A DNA stretch of 36,580 nucleotides from an uncultured bacterium (lineage in GTDB: Bacteria; Planctomycetota; Phycisphaerae; Phycisphaerales; SM1A02): assembly GCA_903856525.1 (NCBI GenBank), contig CAIOCH010000040.1:1-36580 (forward strand), written 5' to 3'. The notes below the pieces were generated by a model. The model was not told the DNA's origin. It worked only from the letters and a program-made list of their open reading frames with translations, and made no database searches. This document shows, piece by piece, positions 9,014 to 16,491 of the stretch. Made by a program: the position numbers and the translations under genes. The first letter of the stretch is position 1, and every line of letters begins with the position of its first letter.

Positions 9014-11802
9014 GCGCGCCTCCTTCGCCGACCGATCACGGCGGCACCGCACGCGATCGGTCCCAGCGCGACGATGGCGCCGAATCCCAACGCCCATGTC
9101 CGCTGCATGGCCTCGGAGAGCCCCTCGATGCGCGGGACCTCACGGCCACTCAGGCCCGCGTCGAGAAGGTCACCACGGCCCGCGAGCCACGCCACCGTCG
9201 ACAGCAGCAGTTCCCGGTTGCCCGGGTTGACCAGCGCGGTGCGACCGCCACCGAGGTTGTCGGACAGGTCGGCGACGCTCGACAGCATCCACCCACCGCT
9301 TCCCACCAGTGCGACGCGCTGCGTACCGCCGGCGATCTTGCGCTCGGCGATGGCCGCCACTGCGAGCGGCGTCGACAGTGCCTTGCCCGCGGGCACCTCC
9401 CGCACGCCGTCGCCATCGCCACGCCAATCGTCGGCAAGCCAGCGTTCGGGCGAGGGAGCGACCTCGACCACGGTCTGCACGGTCACCCCTGCAGGCATGG
9501 GCTCGGCGCGACGGATCTCCATGGGCTGGTTGAACAGGATCGACCGTCCGCGCAACCGCTGGGTCAGAGGCGACTCGGGCGGCGCCCGCTCGATGAGCTG
9601 CCACGGGCGCACCTCGGGCGTGCCGTCCTCCCTCGCCACGAGCTCGAGCACCACCTTGCCGGCATCGGGCTCGAGCCCGAACGGCGAGAGCACCTGCTGC
9701 CACGGATCTGGCTGCCCGAGCACCGAGAGCATGCTGCGCCCCGCGGTAACCAGCACGGACTCGCCGTCACCGACCAGCCGCGCAACCTCCTCGACCAAGA
9801 GCTTCTCCTCGCGAGCGAGGTCGAGCTGGGCACGGCGCAACGCGGGCAGCACCACGAACACCTGCGGACGGCCGCTCTGCTTGATCGGCCGCTCGCCCCT
9901 GCCCGGCGTCCACTCGCGCACGCCGAATCCGGCGCTGCGCAACGCGTCAGCGACCGCCACGAGGTCGGTGTGATCCTGCCTTGCACGCAGCAGTGAGTCG
10001 CGCTCGCAATGGAGGAAGATCACCTCCGGCATCGAGCCTGCACCGATGCTGCGGATGGCACCCGAAAGCACCTCCTCGCCGCGGAAACCCCAGCTGTAGC
10101 TCACGCGATCGGCGCCGCTGGCGGCGATGTTGCGCGGAAAGATGCGCCATGCCGGAATGACCGCCAGCCTGCCACCACCCGCGACCACGGCGGCCTCGCC
10201 CTTCACGAGCTCGCGTCCGAGGGCGTCGATCTCCAGCCCGGGAAGGGCCTCGAGATCCTGCCGCGCCGAGGCCATCGCCGTGGCGAGCTCCTCGTACGGC
10301 GCGATCCGTCCCGAGGCGACGTTGCGCACCGCCTGTGGTATGGCCTGCTGCCCACGCCACTCGCCGAAGAGGGTGGCGGCGCTCGCCAGCTGATCACCCC
10401 AGACGCGGAATCCCTGCGCCAGCGCCGAGCGCGCCCCCTCGATGTCGGGGAGCGGCCTCGTGGCGCTCGTGCGCGAGAGTTCGACCACACCCTTGCGGAA
10501 CTCCTCGCCCTCGGTCGAGATCTGCGCGAACATCGCAGCCAGTTGCTCGAGGGTGCGGCGGACGGGGCTGTCGGCGGCCAGTTGCTGCGCAGCGGCGCGG
10601 AGTCCGGCGGGCTGCGATCCGCTCTCGCTGCGGAAGCGGTCGTACACCGCGAGTGCCCGCGCGATCGCATCCTCGGAGCGCGCGAGGTCGCCGGCGCGCG
10701 AGGCGACCAGACCCGCCAGTGCCTCCTCGAACGCCCCGCTCGACGCGGGGTCGGCGGGGTCGATGCGGCGCGCGTCGATCGATGCGTTTGCGTCGCGGAA
10801 CCGCTCGAGCACCTCGTCGATCTGCCGCAGCACCGCGGGATCGGACTCCGAGGCGTCGACGAAGAGCAGCACCTGCCATGATCCTTCGAGTCCGCGCAGC
10901 AGTTCCACGGTGGAGGGCGCGAGGCTGTAGGCGCGCGTCTTGGTGGCGTCGAGCTCGACGCGCAGCACCGGGCGCGACAGCAGCATCACGGCCGAAGCGG
11001 CGCAGGCCACCACGCCCGCCAGCACGAAGGCCCGTTCGCCTCCCACGGCGCCGCGCGCGAGCAGCCCTGCCGGTGCGCGTCCCCGCACGCGCTCGAGCGA
11101 CACGATCGCGAAGGCGATCGCGGTGCCGGCGATGGCGAGGAAGTAGGCGATGGACGCCGAATCGAAGAGACCGAGCGCGAAGCCCTCGAGCCTGCGGATG
11201 GGATCGAGACCCGCCGCGACCGGTGCGTACTCGAGCGGCAGCGCGCCCGTGAGGATGCGCGACCCCGCCACCAGCCCGAGCCAGAGAAAGAACGCACCGA
11301 GGAAGGCCACGGCCTGGCTCGAGGTCGTGCTCGAGACGGCGATGCCCAGGCAGCCCGCCGCGAAGCCGGCGAGGAAGAGCCCGAGCAGGCCGCACGCGAT
11401 CTCTCCGTAGTCGGGAGCCGCGTACCACTCGAGCGGGAGCGCGAGCAGCGCCACGGGCACGAGGCTCGCGGCCACCACGCCGGCACAGGCGATGGCCTTG
11501 CCGATCACCATCTCGGCGGTCGACAGTGGGCTCGCAAAGAGCGTTTCCCACGTCTTGAGCCGGAACTCGTCGCTGAAGCTGCGCATCGACATCGCCGGCG
11601 CCGTGGCGAGCAGCGACCAGCCGCAGGCGAGCAGCACGGTGCGCAGCGTGGCGGGCCGTGCGTCGGCGAAACTGCCGCTGAAGAACGCGACCGCCGCCAC
11701 GATGCCCACGATCGCGAGCACGATCCAGCCGCTCGGCGCCACGAACGTGCTCCGCCACTCGCGGGTGGCCACGGCCACGATGCGTTGGAAACGCGCGCTC
11801 AT
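9010..11802 (-). CDS. Fusion of an ABC-2 type permease (GldF-like) and a GldG-like ABC-transporter auxiliary domain, 930 aa
   Basis: I trimmed the start to ATG at 11802 (MSARFQRIVAVATREWRSTFVAPSGWIVLAIVG...), an ATGA overlap with the ATPase stop. The first ~260 aa contain about 6 hydrophobic helices typical of an ABC-2 permease. The remainder (VELDATKTRAYSLAPSTVELLRGLEGSWQVLLFVD...IDARRIDP...) resembles GldG/ABC_transp_aux. A C-terminal TM anchor (WALGFGAIVALGPIACGAAVIGRRRRRA) is present. Confidence 0.8.
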   Translation of the reverse strand: MSARFQRIVAVATREWRSTFVAPSGWIVLAIVGIVAAVAFFSGSFADARPATLRTVLLACGWSLLATAPAMSMRSFSDEFRLKTWETLFASPLSTAEMVIGKAIACAGVVAASLVPVALLALPLEWYAAPDYGEIACGLLGLFLAGFAAGCLGIAVSSTTSSQAVAFLGAFFLWLGLVAGSRILTGALPLEYAPVAAGLDPIRRLEGFALGLFDSASIAYFLAIAGTAIAFAIVSLERVRGRAPAGLLARGAVGGERAFVLAGVVACAASAVMLLSRPVLRVELDATKTRAYSLAPSTVELLRGLEGSWQVLLFVDASESDPAVLRQIDEVLERFRDANASIDARRIDPADPASSGAFEEALAGLVASRAGDLARSEDAIARALAVYDRFRSESGSQPAGLRAAAQQLAADSPVRRTLEQLAAMFAQISTEGEEFRKGVVELSRTSATRPLPDIEGARSALAQGFRVWGDQLASAATLFGEWRGQQAIPQAVRNVASGRIAPYEELATAMASARQDLEALPGLEIDALGRELVKGEAAVVAGGGRLAVIPAWRIFPRNIAASGADRVSYSWGFRGEEVLSGAIRSIGAGSMPEVIFLHCERDSLLRARQDHTDLVAVADALRSAGFGVREWTPGRGERPIKQSGRPQVFVVLPALRRAQLDLAREEKLLVEEVARLVGDGESVLVTAGRSMLSVLGQPDPWQQVLSPFGLEPDAGKVVLELVAREDGTPEVRPWQLIERAPPESPLTQRLRGRSILFNQPMEIRRAEPMPAGVTVQTVVEVAPSPERWLADDWRGDGDGVREVPAGKALSTPLAVAAIAERKIAGGTQRVALVGSGGWMLSSVADLSDNLGGGRTALVNPGNRELLLSTVAWLAGRGDLLDAGLSGREVPRIEGLSEAMQRTWALGFGAIVALGPIACGAAVIGRRRRRA

Positions 11803-12812
11803 GACGCAGCCTCCTTCACCATCGACACGAACACCTGTTCCAGGGATCGCTCGCACACCCCCATGGCGCGCACCGGAATGCGCACCTCGGCCAGCAGCCG
11901 CCCGACCGCCTCGCGCGGATCGCGGAGGTCGGCGGCGACGAACTCGGTGCGCACCCAGCCGTCGACGAGCGGGGTCTCGCGCGTGGAACGGCAGAGTCCC
12001 GCAGCCTCCGCCGCCAGCGCAAAGGCGCGCTCGCTCTCGACGAAGTACGCGGCGTTGTCGGCGGCGCGTCGTCGAAATGCCTCGAGCGGCTCGTGCGCCA
12101 CCACCCGCCCGTGCGCGATCACCAGCAGCTCGGAGCACACGCTCTCCACCTCCGCCAGGAGGTGGGAGGAGAAGAGCACCAGCCGCGATTCGCCGAGTTC
12201 ACGAACCAACTGCCGGAAGGCGAGCGTCTGCGCGGGATCCAGACCGACCGAGGGTTCGTCGAGAATCACCACCTTCGGATCGCCGAGGATCGTGGCCGCA
12301 AGCCCCACGCGCTGCTGCATGCCCTTCGAGAGCAGCCCGCACAGGCGGTCGGAGAAGCGCGCCACGTCGCAGCGCTCCATCGCCGCGTCGATCTGCGGGC
12401 GGCGCTGCGCGCGCCCGATCGCCGCAAGTCCCGCCCGGAACTCGAGGTACTCGCGGACCGTGAGCTCGGGATAGAGCGGCGCCGACTCGGGCAGATAGCC
12501 AACGCACGCCCGCACCGCCGCGGGATCGCGCGCGGCGGCAACGCCCGCCACCAGCAGTTCGCCCGCATCCGGCGCGAGCACACCCGCGATCATGCGGATC
12601 GTGGTGGTCTTGCCCGCCCCGTTCGGACCGAGCAGCCCGCACACGCCTCGCGATGGCAGCGCGAACGACGCATCGCGCACGGCCACCGCGTGGCCGAAGC
12701 GCTTGGCCAGGTTGCAGGCCACCACGCCGACATCGGCGCGAACCGACGGCTCGTTGGCCATCATCGCGCCATCCACGGCGGAACTCGCTTCAATCGCAGC
12801 TTGCGAACCCAT
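11799..12812 (-). CDS. ABC transporter ATP-binding protein (GldA/CcmA-like)
   Basis: Walker A GPNGAGKTT, signature LSKGMQQR, Walker B VVILDEPSVGLD and H-loop SSHLL are present. The start at 12812 is preceded by GAGGTGAA (a good SD sequence). The longer track ORF (to 14543) is a spurious extension across the divergent gene. Confidence 0.9.
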   Translation of the reverse strand: MGSQAAIEASSAVDGAMMANEPSVRADVGVVACNLAKRFGHAVAVRDASFALPSRGVCGLLGPNGAGKTTTIRMIAGVLAPDAGELLVAGVAAARDPAAVRACVGYLPESAPLYPELTVREYLEFRAGLAAIGRAQRRPQIDAAMERCDVARFSDRLCGLLSKGMQQRVGLAATILGDPKVVILDEPSVGLDPAQTLAFRQLVRELGESRLVLFSSHLLAEVESVCSELLVIAHGRVVAHEPLEAFRRRAADNAAYFVESERAFALAAEAAGLCRSTRETPLVDGWVRTEFVAADLRDPREAVGRLLAEVRIPVRAMGVCERSLEQVFVSMVKEAAS

Positions 12813-12959
12813 TTCACCTCGCGAGCAAACAGTGTACCGAGGCGCGGCGGCGAGGGCGGCGGCACAAAGGTCCCACCATGGGCGGATCGTGCGGATCGCC
12901 TCCTGCGCCCGACCCCCGCCACCGACTGTCGGATACACTCTCCCCGCTCGGACGCATCC

Positions 12960-14627
12960 ATGCCGACAGACGACGCGCCTCACGAGGAGGTCGGGAAACC
13001 CACCGACCCCAGCCTGCCGCACGACGGTTCCTTCCGCTTCGAACTGAGGGGATCCGCGCCGCTGTCGGCGTCGGAACGCGCGGCCCTCGCCCGATTCTCC
13101 ATCACCGACCTCCCGCCGCCCGGGGCCGCCGATGCGCAGCGGGCCGATCGCGCCGCGCGGGCGCTGGAGCTGCTTGGCCAGGGTGTGGGCATCGTGGAGT
13201 TGGGCGGCGAGATCGTGTGGATGAACCAGGGTCTCGCCGCGCAGTCGCCCGAGGTGATGCGGCGGTTCGCCGACTGCTGCGTGGACGCTGCTGGTTCCTG
13301 GCGACGTGGCAGGCTGCTCGCGGCCACCATCCGATCGACCTTCCGGGTTGGCGCATCGTGGTACGACGTGGTCATGACGCCCTTCCGACGCACGGGGGAG
13401 ACGGAGATCGTGGGCGCGGTGGCGCTTCTCGTCGACGCGACCGCCATCCGTCGCATCCAGGACCGCCTCGATGCGGTCGACCAGGCGGGCACGGGCCTCC
13501 TGCAGTTCGACTCCGACGCGGTCCGGGCAATGAACGCCGCCGAGCGTCTGCGTGCCCTCGAGGGGAGGGTCATCGCGGCAACGCGCAGCGTGCTGGGCCT
13601 CGACCACTTCGAGTACCGGCTCACCGACCGCCGCACTGGCCAGCTCGAGCTCGTGTTCTGCAGCGGCCTGGTGCCGCTCGGCATCGGCGAACGCATCTTT
13701 GCCCGCGCCGAGGGCAACGGCCTGAGCGGTGTGGTCGCGACCACCGGCGAGAGCATCGTCTGCGGCGACACCGCGCAGGAGCCGCGGTACATCCACGGAC
13801 TTCCAGGCGCGCGCAGCTCCCTCACCGTGCCGCTGCGGCTCCACGATCGGGTGGTGGGCGTCCTCAACGCCGAGAGCGCCGAGCCGAGGCACTTCGACGA
13901 CGAGGACCGCGTCGGCGCCGAGCTGCTCGGCCGCTACGTCGCACTCGCGCTCCATATCCTCGACATGCTCGTGGCTGAGCGCTGCGACACCACGCGGGCG
14001 CTCGTCGGCAACCTCGCGCGCGAGGCCGCCCTTCCGCTGGAGGCGATCACCAACGACGCACGCGCACTGCTGGGGCACGGGGGTGATGCGACCGTCCGCG
14101 AAGCAGCCACCCGGCTGATCGACCACGCGACCCGCGTGGACGAACTCCTCCGCAATGTCTCCGCCGGACCGCGTGGGGTGCTCGGGGTCGAGGAGTTCAT
14201 GCGCGAGGGAGTGCGCGACCCGATGTTCGCCGGGCGCGAGGTGCTGGTGGCGGACGACGAGCTGTCGATCCGCTCCACCGTGCGCGCGGTGCTCGAGCAG
14301 CAGGGATGCAGGGTGAGCGAGTTCGCCGACGGCACGTCGGCCATCAAGGCGATCCGCGCGCGCGCCGCCGAGGGGCGTCCATTCGACCTCGTGGTGTCGG
14401 ACGTGCGCATGCCCGATGCCAACGGCTACGAGGTGTTCCGGGCCGCGAAGGACGCGTGCACCTCCACACCGGTGATGCTCATGACGGCCTTCGGCTACGA
14501 CCCGAACCACTCGATCGTGCGTTCGAGCCAGGAAGGCCTGCACTGCTTCCTCTTCAAACCGTTCCAGGTCTCGCAGCTGCTCGAGGAGGCGCGCAAGGCG
14601 CTCGCCGAGTCGTCGCGTGCGTCGTGA
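12960..14627 (+). CDS. PAS-like / GAF / HisKA-like helix (His replaced by Arg) / receiver (REC) signalling protein, no recognisable output or ATPase domain
   Basis: 555 aa from the ATG at 12960. The GAF-like core is ...GLSGVVATTGESIVCGDTAQEPRYIHGLPGARSSLTVPLRLHDRVVGVLNAES.... The segment NLAREAALPLEAI aligns to HisKA SHELRTPLTAI with Arg354 at the His position. REC motifs are VLVADDE, DLVVSDVRMPDANG, MLMTAF and LFKPF. Confidence 0.85.
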   Translation: MPTDDAPHEEVGKPTDPSLPHDGSFRFELRGSAPLSASERAALARFSITDLPPPGAADAQRADRAARALELLGQGVGIVELGGEIVWMNQGLAAQSPEVMRRFADCCVDAAGSWRRGRLLAATIRSTFRVGASWYDVVMTPFRRTGETEIVGAVALLVDATAIRRIQDRLDAVDQAGTGLLQFDSDAVRAMNAAERLRALEGRVIAATRSVLGLDHFEYRLTDRRTGQLELVFCSGLVPLGIGERIFARAEGNGLSGVVATTGESIVCGDTAQEPRYIHGLPGARSSLTVPLRLHDRVVGVLNAESAEPRHFDDEDRVGAELLGRYVALALHILDMLVAERCDTTRALVGNLAREAALPLEAITNDARALLGHGGDATVREAATRLIDHATRVDELLRNVSAGPRGVLGVEEFMREGVRDPMFAGREVLVADDELSIRSTVRAVLEQQGCRVSEFADGTSAIKAIRARAAEGRPFDLVVSDVRMPDANGYEVFRAAKDACTSTPVMLMTAFGYDPNHSIVRSSQEGLHCFLFKPFQVSQLLEEARKALAESSRAS

Positions 14628-14630
14628 CCG

Positions 14631-14656
14631 AGCCAGCGGGTTCAGCCAGCGGGTTC
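14631..14656. repeat. Perfect 13-bp tandem duplication AGCCAGCGGGTTC x2 at the convergent junction, overlapping the prmC stop codon
   Basis: Bases 14631-14643 equal 14644-14656. The repeat sits in the 27-bp gap between the REC-protein stop (14627) and the prmC stop (14655-14657). Confidence 0.9.
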
Positions 14657-15728
14657 AGCCCACGCGATGCACCGCCAGAACCCGGTCGATCCCCTCGCCG
14701 TCCTTGATGACCGTCGCCCCGCGCCATGCGGAGTCCGACACCAGAGCCAGCGCCTGCTCGCGGTGCTTCCAGCCGACCTCGACGAGCAGCAGCCCGCCGG
14801 GTCGCAGATGCGCGCGCGCACCCTGCACCACGCGGCGCACGAAGTCGAGTCCATCACGGCCACCGCACAGCGCGCTCGCAGGCTCGTAGTCGCGCACATT
14901 GCGATCGAGCTCCGCGTACTCCGCATCGGTGACGTACGGCGGGTTGGACACCACGAGGTCGAACCGCTCGTCGGCCCGGATCACCGACCAGAGGTCGCCG
15001 GTGCGGAAGTCGATGCGCGCGCCCAGCCGCGTGGCATTCTCACGCGCCAGCACTACGGCCTCCGCCACGATGTCGCTGGCGGTCACGCGCACGTCGCCGT
15101 CGAACGACTCCGCCGCGCGGCGATCGACCGGATCGCCCGACGGAGCGGAGCGATCGATCGTGGGCAGCGCCGGTGCGGGATCCGCGCCGCGAAGAGGCTT
15201 GCATCCCGCGGACGGCGGACGCGCAATGGCGCGCATGCCGAGCGCGAGCGACACCGCGATGCATCCAGTGCCCGTGCAGAGGTCGAGCACCTCCGCACGC
15301 CCCGCACCTCGCTCGCGGTACCAGGCGAGCGCATGCTCCACCAGCGTCTCGGTGCATGGCCGCGGGATGAGCGTGCACGGAGCCACCTTGAAGTCGCGCC
15401 CCAGGAACGGCCACTTGCCAACGAGGAACTGCACGGGTTCGTGGCGCCCTGACCGCGCGACCAGAGCCCGCAGCGCGGCGAGCTCTCCGGCCTCGAGCTC
15501 CCGGTCCGGCTCCATGTACAGGCGCAGGCGCTCGACGCCCAGGACCTCGGAGACGAGGATCTCGGCGGTGCGGCGAGGCGCATCGACGGAACGTTCCTCG
15601 AGAAAGGATGTGATCCACACCAGGAGCCGACGCACCGTCCATGGTCCGTCCGCGCGCGTGGCGGCGGCGCCTTGCGCCGTATCTCCCTGCGCGGCCGACT
15701 GTCCCTGATTCGACTCGTTCCTGATCAT
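14655..15728 (-). CDS. prmC: Peptide chain release factor N5-glutamine methyltransferase PrmC (HemK), with a ~45-50 aa insertion
   Basis: Motifs present: EPVQFLVGKWPFLGRDFKV, LIPRPCTETLVE, SAM motif LDLCTGTGCIA and catalytic NPPY (VSNPPYV). A GGAGGG SD sequence lies 5 nt upstream of the ATG at 15728. Confidence 0.9.
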   Translation of the reverse strand: MIRNESNQGQSAAQGDTAQGAAATRADGPWTVRRLLVWITSFLEERSVDAPRRTAEILVSEVLGVERLRLYMEPDRELEAGELAALRALVARSGRHEPVQFLVGKWPFLGRDFKVAPCTLIPRPCTETLVEHALAWYRERGAGRAEVLDLCTGTGCIAVSLALGMRAIARPPSAGCKPLRGADPAPALPTIDRSAPSGDPVDRRAAESFDGDVRVTASDIVAEAVVLARENATRLGARIDFRTGDLWSVIRADERFDLVVSNPPYVTDAEYAELDRNVRDYEPASALCGGRDGLDFVRRVVQGARAHLRPGGLLLVEVGWKHREQALALVSDSAWRGATVIKDGEGIDRVLAVHRVG

Positions 15729-15971
15729 GGGTCCCTCCGTGGATCGCCGCGCATCGTACGGTTCTCGGAGCCGCAGATTCTGCGTGTGATGGAAACTCCC
15801 GCAACGGATACCGACCGAAGGGCGTGCGTGCCATCACGCCTTCGCGAGGATTCGTCCCGCCCCGGCGCCCGCGCTGTCCGAAAGCCGTGCAACTTGACCG
15901 GCTTCTCCTCCACCCGAGCAACCCGCCGCTACCATGGCCGCCCCGCCGCGCGGCGGTGACGAGGTGACCCT

Positions 15972-16415
15972 GTGAATCCACTGCTCCAGACCGTACTCCA
16001 CCACGCGACCGCCCGCGGTTGCTTCAGCAGGATCGAGACCCTGTCCGACCGCCTGCGCTGCCATGCCAAGGACTGCCCCGAGCCCGCGTGGTACGAGTTG
16101 GCCGCGATCGGTGACGGACTGTTGGTCCGCTTCGCGACGCCCGATCGATGGCTGAGCGAGTCGATCGAGTCCGACCTCATGCACTTCGGCGATCCCCTCG
16201 AGGAACTCGTGGAGGAGGAGCTCGCGGAGCTGGGCTGGCGCGGCAAGGTCCCCGCGATCAAGCACTTCCGCGACGACGCCAAGTTGTACACCTTCGAGAA
16301 TCCGCTGCCATCCGCGTCCGCCGCGGACGCGGAGGTGGCCGCGAAGTTCCTGTTCGCGTACGAGGCAGCGTTCCGCGCGCTCGGTGATGTCGGCGGCGGA
16401 GACGACGACGAATAG
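15972..16415 (+). CDS. Hypothetical acidic protein, 147 aa
   Basis: The GTG start is preceded by GAGGTG at a 5-nt spacing. Amino-acid composition is non-shadow-like (W, F, Y, K, I present) and the C-terminus is acidic (GGGDDDE). I recognise no family. Confidence 0.5.
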   Translation: MNPLLQTVLHHATARGCFSRIETLSDRLRCHAKDCPEPAWYELAAIGDGLLVRFATPDRWLSESIESDLMHFGDPLEELVEEELAELGWRGKVPAIKHFRDDAKLYTFENPLPSASAADAEVAAKFLFAYEAAFRALGDVGGGDDDE

Positions 16416-16491
16416 GCGCGCACCCGCCCGAGATCGCGCCCGCCGAGGGCGTTGACATTGGGATGGGTCCGCAGGAGGGTGTCACCAGACC

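Noticed and set aside
11799-14543. The ORF-track longest-ORF models would make a 914-aa ABC ATPase (11799-14543), a 1042-aa permease (9010-12138), an 844-aa REC protein (12093-14627) and a 1035-aa PutA (18014-21121).
   Set aside because: The N-terminal extensions are Arg/Pro-rich, overlap neighbouring real genes and precede the conserved domains. Internal starts give ATGA overlaps or good SD sequences (for example GAGGTGAA before 12812) and sensible signal or N-terminal sequences.
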